From IMG/VR virus record IMGVR_UViG_3300025424_000012, positions 1 through 56,242 of that record: 56,242 nucleotides of DNA. The stretch is one strand, 5' to 3'. Within the stretch, counting starts at the first letter, position 1. Each line of letters opens with the position of its first letter. The stretch comes from a virus (Duplodnaviria; Caudoviricetes). The translations under genes were made by a program, and so were the position numbers. This document shows, one piece after another, positions 8,081-16,826 of the stretch. The notes beneath the pieces are model-generated. The model was not told the DNA's origin. It was given only the letters and a program-made list of their open reading frames with translations, and made no database searches.

Positions 8081-9452
8081 TGGTTCTCCGAAAACTCTTG
8101 GTGAAGTGAAAATCAACGGCATGACCGCGCTGGCGCATGGCCTGAGCAAGCCTCGCGCGGTCGTTGTGGCTGTGGCTGGATTGGCGAAGAAGCCCGAAAT
8201 AGCTGTTCCCGGCCTCAAAAGTGTCGTCATCACCCAAGGTGTGAATCCGGGATATAGCGCTGTTGACCGTCCGAGCTCTTGTGGTCCGCCGCCATGGCTT
8301 GACCACAAAACCAACGAAGTCCACGCCACGTTCCACCGGCTGGATGATGGTTTTTCGGTCATTCAGACGCGCACCAAGCCGCTCGGGCAAGAACTCCCGG
8401 ATCCTGCGGTGTGCATCGCCGAGCCACGCCGACGACTCATGCAGGATCACAAAATCATCGACATACCGGACGTAATGTCGCGCGCCGATCTGGTGCTTGC
8501 AAAATTGGTCCAAGGCGTCCAGGTGGACATTGGCGAAGAATTGCGAGCTCAGGTTGCCAATGGGTAACCCGGTATTGGCCGGCGAGCAAAGCAGCCTCTT
8601 GTGGGCTGGCACGCGGCCCATGAGCGCAGGATCGCCGCGGTATTGATACGACTGGCGCGGGTCATGGAACAAGATGGTCCTGGCCAACTCCAACCAGAAG
8701 GGTTCGTGCACTTTGGCCGCGAGCTGGGCAAACAGAATGTGCTTGTCGATCGCCACAAAGAAATTGGCAAGATCGAGTTTCAGATACCACGCAGGCCGGG
8801 CCCAGTTCTGGGTGATGGACCGGATACCGCTTTCCAAGCGTTTGGCGGCGTACAGCGTGCCCCTGCCGGGTATGCAAGCGCTGCTGCCGGCCACAAAGCC
8901 AGCATGGAAGCGCGGGGCTATCTGGTTGTACAGACGGTGATGAACAATCCGATCACGAAATTCGGCAGCCCAGACCTCGCGGTGCTTTGGCCTGGTGATG
9001 ACAAAGCAGATGGATGGACCTGGGCGGTATTGGCCGGAAGAAAGCTCTTCGAACAGCTCGCACAGGTTGCGCTCCAGGGCTTGCTCGAAAGCAAGTGCAC
9101 TGGAAGTGTTGCGCTTAGTCTGGCGGCAGTCCAAATAGGCCTGCAATAGCTGATCGAATGAGACTGACGATGAATCTGCTGACGGCGCGAGCCAGGGCCT
9201 CGTAGGACTTGTTGTTGTTGTTCTGGTTGCCGTTGTTGAAGTTCTGATTCCAGGCGTTGTTCTCGGAGTACTGCGTCGATTCGCGCCATCCACGTCGCCA
9301 CGCCGAAGGCCTGAGCCGATCAGTTTGGAAACTGCACCGGACCGGGTCTGCGCTTGGGCAGCGGTATCCGTGATGTGCATGTCCGTGGCCTTGTGAGCCA
9401 GGGGCGCGACCAGATTCAAATTTCGCACGGGCATGATGACCTTGACCGTCAT
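8073..9452 (-). CDS. DGR reverse transcriptase (start uncertain; conserved core from ~9165)
   Basis: RDRIVH, LKLDLANFF, GLPIGNLSSQ (DGR-type SQ), YVRYVDD, GVDFVG; adjacent to TR and avd. Confidence 0.96.
   Translation of the reverse strand: MTVKVIMPVRNLNLVAPLAHKATDMHITDTAAQAQTRSGAVSKLIGSGLRRGDVDGANRRSTPRTTPGIRTSTTATRTTTTSPTRPWLAPSADSSSVSFDQLLQAYLDCRQTKRNTSSALAFEQALERNLCELFEELSSGQYRPGPSICFVITRPKHREVWAAEFRDRIVHHRLYNQIAPRFHAGFVAGSSACIPGRGTLYAAKRLESGIRSITQNWARPAWYLKLDLANFFVAIDKHILFAQLAAKVHEPFWLELARTILFHDPRQSYQYRGDPALMGRVPAHKRLLCSPANTGLPIGNLSSQFFANVHLDALDQFCKHQIGARHYVRYVDDFVILHESSAWLGDAHRRIREFLPERLGARLNDRKTIIQPVERGVDFVGFVVKPWRRTTRARTVNSAISRIHTLGDDDTFEAGNSYFGLLRQSSHSHNDRARLAQAMRQRGHAVDFHFTKSFRRTNA
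9173..9276 (-). repeat. DGR template repeat (TR)
   Basis: AAC-rich (11 AAY codons); differs from both VRs only at coding-strand adenines. Confidence 0.97.
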
Positions 9453-9811
9453 GCTGCAGGCGACAAACGAGCCGATTTAAGCCAGCCGCCGGCTTGCTTG
9501 CCAATGCTCTCGGTAAGCTGGATTGCTCCAGCCCAGAGCTTGGGCGACACAAAGCGCTTGTCATGGCTCAGGCGAAGCAACAGGGTTACGACTTCAAGGC
9601 GCTCGACCAACGCGATGATGTGCGGAGCCCTGCCCATACCCCGCGCCGCATTGGCGCGCCCGATCAGGACAAGGATTTCCACGCATTCCGTGTGAATCTT
9701 GCTGCCCAAGCTGGCCTTGAAGGCGCGCGGCATGTTCTGCTGCACGTCAGCTGCCAGACTCAAAAGGTCATAGCCCTGTTTGTAAATCGGGAGTTGGGTA
9801 TGGAGTGCCAT
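9449..9811 (-). CDS. avd: DGR accessory variability determinant (four-helix bundle)
   Basis: LPIYKQGYDL, MPRAFKASLG, IGKQAGGWLK; 120 aa, located between target genes and TR. Confidence 0.92.
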   Translation of the reverse strand: MALHTQLPIYKQGYDLLSLAADVQQNMPRAFKASLGSKIHTECVEILVLIGRANAARGMGRAPHIIALVERLEVVTLLLRLSHDKRFVSPKLWAGAIQLTESIGKQAGGWLKSARLSPAA

Positions 9812-9842
9812 GGCTTAAATCAAATTCAAAAGGACTGAAGGC

Positions 9843-10346
9843 TTAAAGCGGAAATCTGCTGACGGCGCGAGCCAGGGCCTCGTAGGACTTGCGGCGGTCG
9901 TCCTGGGTGCCGTCGGTGAAGTCCTGACTCCAGGCGCTGCCCTCGGAGCACTGCGTACCCGTCCAATGCCACTCGCTCGTATCCAGCTTGTCCTGCAGAT
10001 TTGCGTAAAGAAGCGCTGATTCAAACCGCGTTGGCAGGCGGGCACCGTTGCCCAAAGATTCGGCCCACTTGACGGCAGCAGCCCACGCCTGCTTTTTTTC
10101 GGGTACAGCATTGAGCAGCACCAGGTGGCCGTCCGGCTCGCCATCCAGACCACGGGAAAGACCGGCATACACGCCATCCAAACCGGGCCACGGCTCGCCG
10201 ATCTTGGGGAACACGCCGACCTCGGGCGCGGTTCCAGCCGGCGGCTCATCGTCCGGAATGGACTTGACCATCAGACCTTCGATAAAGGCCTTGACGATGG
10301 CTGACGGGCCGTCTTGAATGTGAATGTTCACGGTGTTGATACGCAT
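9843..10346 (-). CDS. DGR target protein 1 (DUF1566/CLec-like)
   Basis: W..A..WA, RLPTR.E, WHWTGTQ...AW.Q.F...ARAV; C-terminus is VR1. Confidence 0.92.
   Translation of the reverse strand: MRINTVNIHIQDGPSAIVKAFIEGLMVKSIPDDEPPAGTAPEVGVFPKIGEPWPGLDGVYAGLSRGLDGEPDGHLVLLNAVPEKKQAWAAAVKWAESLGNGARLPTRFESALLYANLQDKLDTSEWHWTGTQCSEGSAWSQDFTDGTQDDRRKSYEALARAVSRFPL
9853..9956 (-). repeat. DGR variable repeat VR1
   Basis: 104 bp aligned to TR 9173-9276; 15 mismatches, all at TR adenines. Confidence 0.97.
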
Positions 10347-10380
10347 GGTTTGCTCCAGTTGAAATAAAGGATTAAAGGGC

Positions 10381-11001
10381 TCAAGCACTGAGTTGAATCA
10401 GCCTGACGGCGCGAGCCAGGGCCTCGTAGGACTTGAGGCTGTAGCCCTGGTAGCCGTGGCCGAAGAACTGATACCAGGCGTAGCCCTCGGAGTACTGCGT
10501 GCTTGACCAATACCAGCGCTGCTCGAAAGCCTCCGGGCCATCTTCACGGAAAACATCTGCCGTGGTCTGGATCGGGCTTTGCTCGGTGTATGGATAGCCG
10601 GCAGGGATGCTGCTGGGGTTGTCGCCGTCGCGGAAGCTGGCGGAGTTTTCATCCGTGCCAGGCTTCAGGTTGCGGTAGGCCAGCTCGAGCACGTCGCGGG
10701 CAGGAATGCACCAATCCTTGTGGCCATTGATTTCCAGCCCCAGGGCCCACTTTGCCAGCGGGCTGCCGGCTTCGGCCATGGCAACGGTGTTGTCCATGCT
10801 GTGAAAGCAGCTGGCGGCGTTGGGTACGTCGGTATAGCTGGGCAGCCAAATGGATTTCTTCTCGCCCAAAGCCTTGGGCGCCCAGACAATGGCGAACTTC
10901 TTCGTGCCCCCGTGGCTGTTGATGGTGCCGCCGTAGAACCCACCTTCAAAGGCGGTAGCGAATTGGGCTGGGACGAGGATGGATGGTTTGTTTTGGTTCA
11001 T
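10381..11001 (-). CDS. DGR target protein 2 (DUF1566/CLec-like)
   Basis: GHKDWCIPARDVL, WYWSSTQYS..AW.Q.F...ARAVR; C-terminus is VR2. Confidence 0.93.
   Translation of the reverse strand: MNQNKPSILVPAQFATAFEGGFYGGTINSHGGTKKFAIVWAPKALGEKKSIWLPSYTDVPNAASCFHSMDNTVAMAEAGSPLAKWALGLEINGHKDWCIPARDVLELAYRNLKPGTDENSASFRDGDNPSSIPAGYPYTEQSPIQTTADVFREDGPEAFEQRWYWSSTQYSEGYAWYQFFGHGYQGYSLKSYEALARAVRLIQLSA
10403..10500 (-). repeat. DGR variable repeat VR2
   Basis: 98 bp aligned to TR 9179-9276; 16 mismatches, all at TR adenines. Confidence 0.97.
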
Positions 11002-11044
11002 GGTGATCTCCAGTTAAAAAAGCGATGGTTGGGAAAAGGATTGG

Positions 11045-11866
11045 TCAGGCCGTTGCCGGCTCTGTGCTGCGGTCAAACAATGGCCGCTGATCCGGCTCGC
11101 CCTTGGTCATGTCATCGGGTATGGCCAGAAGCTCGTCGTTCTGCTCGATGATCACGGTCACAAAACCGCCGGCCACGTCCGCCAGGCTGTGGGCTTCGCT
11201 GTTGGCCATGAGCTTGAGGGTGGCCTTGACTTCGGCTTCGCCTTTGAAATTGACTTTTTCAACCTGGGCGCGGAACTCGATCCGGCCGTGGTGGGCAATG
11301 ATGCGAATCGCCTTCTGTGCGGCGCGGCGAACATCGTCAGCCAATCCAGTCAGCACGCGCTCTTGCTCGCCTTCGCTGAGTTGGGACCATGGCACAGCCA
11401 GATCCATGAAGCGCAGCTTTGCGGCGCGCATCAAGTCGCCAACCATGAAAATTTCCGCATGGCCTTCGGTTCCAAATGCCGTGCTTGGAGCCTTGAGGAA
11501 CAGTGCGAGCACATCGTCGCCAATCTGATCGTCCTGGTTGCTCAGTTCCACGATGGCGGCAAGTTGAAATTCGTCGTCAGGTTTCTTTGGTTCCCAACCT
11601 TCCGCTATGGCGTCTTTGCGAAAAGACTTAATGATTTTTTTGGCAGCAGCGGATGTGTCGTCCGACAGGCGCACCCAGGCAAAGGAATGACCGGCAGCGG
11701 CGAGACGGGCTTCCAGGGCCTCGATCTCATCCTTTTCCATCACGCCGGACGTGTGGATTGGAAGTGCAGCGGCTGCGCCAAAGCCGGAGGCAACATTGGT
11801 GCCGACGAATTTCAAAGCCTCGGGGCTCAGGTCGACGAGCAAAGGCGTAACGGTTTCAGTGTTCAC
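11045..11866 (-). CDS. Hypothetical phage protein
   Basis: 273-aa ORF with AAAGGA RBS and GTG start. Confidence 0.8.
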   Translation of the reverse strand: MNTETVTPLLVDLSPEALKFVGTNVASGFGAAAALPIHTSGVMEKDEIEALEARLAAAGHSFAWVRLSDDTSAAAKKIIKSFRKDAIAEGWEPKKPDDEFQLAAIVELSNQDDQIGDDVLALFLKAPSTAFGTEGHAEIFMVGDLMRAAKLRFMDLAVPWSQLSEGEQERVLTGLADDVRRAAQKAIRIIAHHGRIEFRAQVEKVNFKGEAEVKATLKLMANSEAHSLADVAGGFVTVIIEQNDELLAIPDDMTKGEPDQRPLFDRSTEPATA

Positions 11867-11895
11867 GGGAATGGTCCTTTAGGGTTGGGGGTGAC

Positions 11896-12183
11896 TTAAG
11901 CGGTTGCCGGCTCGGCGGCAAACTTTTCAAACGGCAGCGTCTTGATGTGCTTGCCGAAATAACTGCCAATGGACTCGGCGGTTTTGAAGGCTTCGAACAC
12001 CTCGGCAGACACGTCCGGGTAGTGATAGATCGCTCCGGTGCCCCGCGTGAAAGTCACGGCCAGGGTTTTGCTGTCGGCTGCGTAGCCAATGGCCGCGATC
12101 TGGTTTGAAACCACGGGCTGCAGCTCGATCTGCGGGCGCGGACGGTCTGAAAATGCTTGTGGTTCGGGAAACTTCTTTTCCAT
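11896..12183 (-). CDS. KTSC-domain protein
   Basis: V.SNQIAAIGY...L.V.F....Y.Y.DV........AESIGSYF..HIK. Confidence 0.88.
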   Translation of the reverse strand: MEKKFPEPQAFSDRPRPQIELQPVVSNQIAAIGYAADSKTLAVTFTRGTGAIYHYPDVSAEVFEAFKTAESIGSYFGKHIKTLPFEKFAAEPATA

Positions 12184-12210
12184 GGTTGTTGCTTCAGTTG
12201 GTTGAAAAAA

Positions 12211-13923
12211 TTAGGCGGCTTGCTTGGCCTGGACGCCTTCGACGTGCTTGACGATCGCGGCGCAGATCAGGGTGAAATCAGACTCGCGGTAAAGCTTCGC
12301 GGCCTTGTCGGTTGCGACGTGGGTAAAGCCCAGCGCAGCCAGGTTGTCGGCGCTCAGGGAAAGCGGCGCCAAACGGGCATTGATGTCGCCGAGCTTGATG
12401 CGCTTGCCGGTATCAACTGGCGCGCGAGCAGGCATGGCGATCACGTTGGCTGCGGGTGTAGGTGCGGCAACCGGCGCGGCGGGCGCTGGGGCCTGTTCTG
12501 GCGCGGGTGCTGCGGCCTTTGCTGCGGCTTGCTCTGCCTCCAGCTTCTCGCGTGCTTCACGCTCCGCCTTGGCTTGTTCCTCTGCCCGGATGGCCGCGCG
12601 CTCGGCTTCCAGACGACTCTGCTCGGCTGCCTGGTGCTCGGCAATCCGAGACTTGACCAGGGCCTGTAGGTCGTCCGTGGCTTTCAGGACAATGACCGCG
12701 GCGTCCGGAAAAAGGGCGCGGTAGTCGGCGGCGTTGTCGCGCAAGTACTGCAGATTGAGGTCGATGCGGTCTGCAATGGCGCCGGCTTCAATCTTGGCGC
12801 GGGCCAGTTCGTCGGAAACCTTGCTTTCCATGCTGGCCAGGGATTTCAAGCCCTTGACCACGCCGCCGAAGTCGGTAGCGATGGTTGGCATGTAGGGCTT
12901 GCCAAGCCGGGTATTCATGGCGTCGATGTGCGCCTTGAATTTGGTTGCTCCAGCGTTGACGATTTCGAGCTTGCGGCGGTCCTTTTCGGCCTTGAGAATG
13001 TCCTCGGCGAGCTTGACGTTCTGCTGTAGCAAAGAGTCCAGCATGTCCTTGGTCTTCTTGGCCTGGTCAACCGGCTGCACCTGGGCCAGCATCTGCGCCT
13101 CTGCCGCCTTGAGGGCTTCGCGGGCCTTTTTCATGGCCCTGATCTGCTCGTCAAGGTCGGCAAAGTCTTGATCGGATTCGGGCTTGCGGATCAGCTTGTT
13201 TTCCAGAAAGTCGCGTAGGCGCTGCTCAAACACCTTGAAGTTGTCCTGCAGGGCGATCTGGCCGGATACCTGCACTACGGGAGCGGGTAGCGCCTCTACT
13301 GCCTCGGCGACGACTTTCTCGGTCTTGATTTCGCTGGGCACGTATTCGGCCAAATCCTTCTCGAACTGCTCCCAGCCGGCCACGATCTGGGCGCGCAGGG
13401 CAAGGTCTGGCTCATACCAGCAATGCCCTTCCGCAAGCAGCGCCCCGTCCTCCCAATGGGATGCCATGAACAGCACGCGCTCGCAGCCTGACACCATGGC
13501 CTGATGCTCCATCTGAACCCGGTACATCAGCGGCAAGTCAGCGCCCGTGCGACCTTTAACCAGGGCGAAGCGCAATTCGGCGTTAAGGCTCTTGTGTTCA
13601 AACGCGATGTGTTCCACCATCGTCAGGCCGTCGAAGCTGGCGCTGTATTTGCCCTCGGAGCCGGTGACCGGGAAAAGGTCTTCGCCGATGATCTTTTCGG
13701 CCAGCGGTCGGGCCAGGGCTTCAAAGCGGTGACCGGCATCGAACCGGCGCTGGGTTTCCGGATCGACCTCTGGCGCAATGCCGGTGTGCAGGCGGTGCAT
13801 CAGCTGGGTGCGCGTTTCGTGCGGGCTGCAGCCCATCATGGCCGGGGCATCGCTGGCGTTGAAGTGCTGGGCGCGGTGGGCCAGCCATTCCGGCGAGCCC
13901 TGGATAAGGGAATGGGTTTTCAT
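12211..13923 (-). CDS. YqaJ-like viral recombination exonuclease with coiled-coil extension
   Basis: QGSPEWLAHR, ASDAP, GH.FE, SASFDG, FEHK, Y.VQM.HQ. Confidence 0.92.
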   Translation of the reverse strand: MKTHSLIQGSPEWLAHRAQHFNASDAPAMMGCSPHETRTQLMHRLHTGIAPEVDPETQRRFDAGHRFEALARPLAEKIIGEDLFPVTGSEGKYSASFDGLTMVEHIAFEHKSLNAELRFALVKGRTGADLPLMYRVQMEHQAMVSGCERVLFMASHWEDGALLAEGHCWYEPDLALRAQIVAGWEQFEKDLAEYVPSEIKTEKVVAEAVEALPAPVVQVSGQIALQDNFKVFEQRLRDFLENKLIRKPESDQDFADLDEQIRAMKKAREALKAAEAQMLAQVQPVDQAKKTKDMLDSLLQQNVKLAEDILKAEKDRRKLEIVNAGATKFKAHIDAMNTRLGKPYMPTIATDFGGVVKGLKSLASMESKVSDELARAKIEAGAIADRIDLNLQYLRDNAADYRALFPDAAVIVLKATDDLQALVKSRIAEHQAAEQSRLEAERAAIRAEEQAKAEREAREKLEAEQAAAKAAAPAPEQAPAPAAPVAAPTPAANVIAMPARAPVDTGKRIKLGDINARLAPLSLSADNLAALGFTHVATDKAAKLYRESDFTLICAAIVKHVEGVQAKQAA

Positions 13924-13926
13924 GGC

Positions 13927-15030
13927 TTACTCCTGAATCTCGGTTGAACGGCGCTCGTAAATGGCCTTGAGCTCTTCGCGTTGCGTGCCATCGGCAACGG
14001 AATTGATCAGGCTCCCGGCTTCGGCCAGCTTGTCCAGGGTGTCGGCCTTGTTCAATTTGTCGGCCACCTGGGGATAGGTGAAGATCACTTCGCCGTCTGC
14101 TGTTGCTTTGGCCGGCGCGGCACCCTTGATGGCGGCTTGCTGGGCCTCGGTCAGTTGGTGCTTGCTGGATGCCATGGCGATGATCTGGTCGGCAGTCTTC
14201 TTGCCGTCAGCAATGGCCTTGTGCCAGGTCGGCAATGCCTTGTCGAACTGCTCTTGCGGGTAGGTCGTTTGCTGGGCCTGGGCGGCTTTGGGGGCTTCAC
14301 CGTCAACCGCAAAGGCCTGCTCTGGCGTGGTGTCGCCGTCCTTGATTGCCGTCAGCATGCCGCGTAGCAGGAGCAGATGCTCAAGGGAAATATCCTCGGC
14401 ACCGGCAATTCCCAGCTTGGCAAATACCTGATCGTTGCTCACGCCGTATTTCAGAAATGCGCCCAGCGCATCGGCGCGGCGATTCGCCAGCGTCTTCACG
14501 TCACCCATAGCCGTCTGGCGGGCAGAGTCGTACATGTCGGCCCAAAAGGCTTTCGGAATGCCCTTGAGGATGGCATTGCGCAGGGCGATTGAGCATGCCG
14601 CGTTGGCCGTGACCGCGATCATGTCGGCACCGAAACGCTTGCCGGCCTTGTTGGTGATCCGGCGCTGCACTTCGTAGGTAATGGCGACGTTGCGCTGCAG
14701 GTCGTGGAACACGCCTTGCGCGGTCACAAAATCGCCAGCATCCGAAACGACGCGGGCACCGGCCCGGCCATTGCCCCATGCACTGGCGACAACCTCGGCG
14801 AAGCGTGCGCTGGGTCCTTCGATGGTTTTGCCGTCACGCGGCAGGGCGTAGATACATTCGCCGGCCACCTTTTCATTCAGCGTGACCATCTGCAGGACTT
14901 CATTGCGGAACTGCACGATGGAGCGCGGGTATTTGTGCGCCGTGGCAATCTGCATGTCGATTTCGCCCTTGTTGAGTAGGGCCAGGGTGCCGCTGTCGGC
15001 GGTGATGATTTCGGCTTCTTCGTTGTTCAT
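13927..15030 (-). CDS. Putative single-strand annealing protein (YqaJ partner)
   Basis: Directly upstream of YqaJ; QIATAHKYPR and IEGPSARFAE motifs; function inferred from context. Confidence 0.65.
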   Translation of the reverse strand: MNNEEAEIITADSGTLALLNKGEIDMQIATAHKYPRSIVQFRNEVLQMVTLNEKVAGECIYALPRDGKTIEGPSARFAEVVASAWGNGRAGARVVSDAGDFVTAQGVFHDLQRNVAITYEVQRRITNKAGKRFGADMIAVTANAACSIALRNAILKGIPKAFWADMYDSARQTAMGDVKTLANRRADALGAFLKYGVSNDQVFAKLGIAGAEDISLEHLLLLRGMLTAIKDGDTTPEQAFAVDGEAPKAAQAQQTTYPQEQFDKALPTWHKAIADGKKTADQIIAMASSKHQLTEAQQAAIKGAAPAKATADGEVIFTYPQVADKLNKADTLDKLAEAGSLINSVADGTQREELKAIYERRSTEIQE

Positions 15031-15039
15031 GGTGTGCTT

Positions 15040-15231
15040 TCAGTGTTTGGATGCGAGATAAAGGGTCAGGAAAAAGAAAGCCAGAAAGGCGACAACAGAC
15101 CCGATGTACTTGGGTCGGATGCGGTCAATCCATGCGTATTGGTCGTCTGCGGCTTCGCGCACGGGGTCAGACTTGGGCATACCCGCGCGGATCTGGCGGC
15201 TGCGGTAGAGGATGTGGCTGTCGTCGGTCAT
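15040..15231 (-). CDS. Small membrane protein
   Basis: C-terminal hydrophobic helix; GGAGG RBS. Confidence 0.6.
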   Translation of the reverse strand: MTDDSHILYRSRQIRAGMPKSDPVREAADDQYAWIDRIRPKYIGSVVAFLAFFFLTLYLASKH

Positions 15232-15232
15232 T

Positions 15233-16225
15233 TCATGCCTCCGGAAAACCGTCATGGGTGCGGCCATCGAGCAAACGGCCTGCGGCCTTCTTGCCGATGC
15301 GATATAGGTCTGGTTCGTTATCTGCGTGCCCGTCAATGACGCTCAAGTCTTCCTTCTGCAACAACCATTGGTTGTTGAACCATGTGGCCGCTTCGACAGT
15401 GCCGCGTTTGGCAGTGACGTTTACGCCCGGAGTCCACTCTCCCCACTGCTTGAACAGGAAGGGTACGCCAGCAGCCTCACACTGATCGCGCAGACTGCGA
15501 GCCCAATCGGGGTGCATGGGGCGAGCGCCGGGGCCGGATTCACCGCCGACAATGACCCAATCAACCGCATATTGCCGGTCCGTGCTTCCACCACTCTTGT
15601 TTGCGAGAAACCCAGTGAGCACGTTGTCGCAATACGTCCAGTCGCCGTCATAGCTTGAACGCATCACTTGCGTCAAATTCACCGGACCCAACAGCGGCTC
15701 CATGCTCAGGAACCGTTTTGCAGCGGGAACCGCCAGCAGTTTCGGAATGTCCCTGTCGGCTTCGGTCTGGTTCACGATGGTGGCACCCAGCCACAGGTTT
15801 CCAGGTGGAGTCCACCCGTTGGCGCGGTCTAGGAGCGTGCCGTACATCATCGCGTTAGCGTTGCCTATCCGCTTCGTTAGCAGCAACCAGTCAAGGTTCG
15901 GTGTGGCCTCAATCAAGTTAAACAGGTCCGCGCGCCACTGTGGATCTACCTCGTTGTCGAAGACATCGGCCAGTGACGCGCAGAACACCCGCTGCCGGCG
16001 GCCGTGCTGCGCCTGGAAGGCTTCGTGCGCCCGATTCCACTTCTCGGGCTCGCTCCATGTCTTGGTGCGGTGGCGTGCCTGGCCGGGGCCCCACTGGATG
16101 CCAAGCGCGCGGCTGGCCGTGTTGACGGCCGCATAGCAGTTGTCGCAGCCCGGGCTGACCTGGGTGCAGCCGATCCACGGGTTGAAGGTGTGGTCGGCCC
16201 ATTCAATTTTTGTGTTCTCGCTCAT
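15233..16225 (-). CDS. Phage Gp37/Gp68 family (DUF5131) protein
   Basis: TKIEWADHTFNPWIGCTQVSPGCDNCYA, LLTKR, SMEPLLG, WVIVGGESG, FKQWG. Confidence 0.92.
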   Translation of the reverse strand: MSENTKIEWADHTFNPWIGCTQVSPGCDNCYAAVNTASRALGIQWGPGQARHRTKTWSEPEKWNRAHEAFQAQHGRRQRVFCASLADVFDNEVDPQWRADLFNLIEATPNLDWLLLTKRIGNANAMMYGTLLDRANGWTPPGNLWLGATIVNQTEADRDIPKLLAVPAAKRFLSMEPLLGPVNLTQVMRSSYDGDWTYCDNVLTGFLANKSGGSTDRQYAVDWVIVGGESGPGARPMHPDWARSLRDQCEAAGVPFLFKQWGEWTPGVNVTAKRGTVEAATWFNNQWLLQKEDLSVIDGHADNEPDLYRIGKKAAGRLLDGRTHDGFPEA

Positions 16226-16443
16226 TTGCGATACCCCTTTGGAATGCAGACCGGCTCACCATTGGCGGCATGAACCAGATGCGCCTCGCCGTAGGTTTCC
16301 CGGCAGTGCTTGGCAGCGGCCAGGTCACGATCCAGCGGCCTGACAGGCTCAGGCTCACGGAATCGGACATCAAGGTTGCAGCTGGCCGCAATGGCGAGTG
16401 CGGCAGCGCAGGCATAGAGCCAGGTGAAGAGCGGGCGGGTCAC
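16222..16443 (-). CDS. Small secreted/lipoprotein-like hypothetical protein
   Basis: GTG start overlapping the upstream stop; hydrophobic stretch ending LAIAASC. Confidence 0.55.
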   Translation of the reverse strand: MTRPLFTWLYACAAALAIAASCNLDVRFREPEPVRPLDRDLAAAKHCRETYGEAHLVHAANGEPVCIPKGYRK

Positions 16444-16826
16444 GCTTGCCTCGCTTTCACCGCGTCGACCACGGCTTTGCACTGGGCCACATCGAACATG
16501 CCGATGTGGGCCTGCTTGCGGGGGATGCCCAAGGATTGCGCCAGCCACTTGTAGGCTTCAACCCGGCGCATGGAGCCATCGCGCCAAAGCGGGTCGAAGA
16601 CGGAATGCGCGCGGTTTTTAGCCCTGCGCAGTTCGGCATTGGCCAGCCGGCCAAGGGGAACCACGGTGCCCGGGTGGCAGCCCACATAGGCATTGCAGGG
16701 CGCGCAGGAGTAGAACTTCTTTTCGTGCAGGTCCGGGCGGTGCGGGTAAATCACATCGCCGGACACAAGGACGGAAGGCCCGGAGCAGTAGGGGCAGGCA
16801 GGGGCGGGGCTGTGCTGTGCGCTCAT
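16440..16826 (-). CDS. DUF3268-like zinc-finger protein
   Basis: CPYC, YPHRPDL, C..C.AYVGCH, PLGRLAN, AH..FDPLW, HIGMFD. Confidence 0.88.
   Translation of the reverse strand: MSAQHSPAPACPYCSGPSVLVSGDVIYPHRPDLHEKKFYSCAPCNAYVGCHPGTVVPLGRLANAELRRAKNRAHSVFDPLWRDGSMRRVEAYKWLAQSLGIPRKQAHIGMFDVAQCKAVVDAVKARQA

Noticed and set aside
8081-8362. N-terminal extension of the C5 methyltransferase (720-aa ORF)
   Set aside because: Overlaps the RT; GGAGA RBS before the ATG at 8080 marks the likely start
8073-9452. Group II intron, retron or Abi-type RT
   Set aside because: IGxxxSQ motif, adjacent avd and adenine-specific TR/VR pairs identify a DGR; no maturase or endonuclease extension
9115-9564. 149-aa ORF containing the Asn-rich TR translation as a third target
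   Set aside because: It is TR read in the VR frame; it overlaps avd and RT and lacks the N-terminal CLec motifs
9173-10500. CRISPR array or microsatellite
   Set aside because: Three ~100-bp copies separated by genes; the GTT runs are TR AAC codons; no repeat-spacer structure or cas genes
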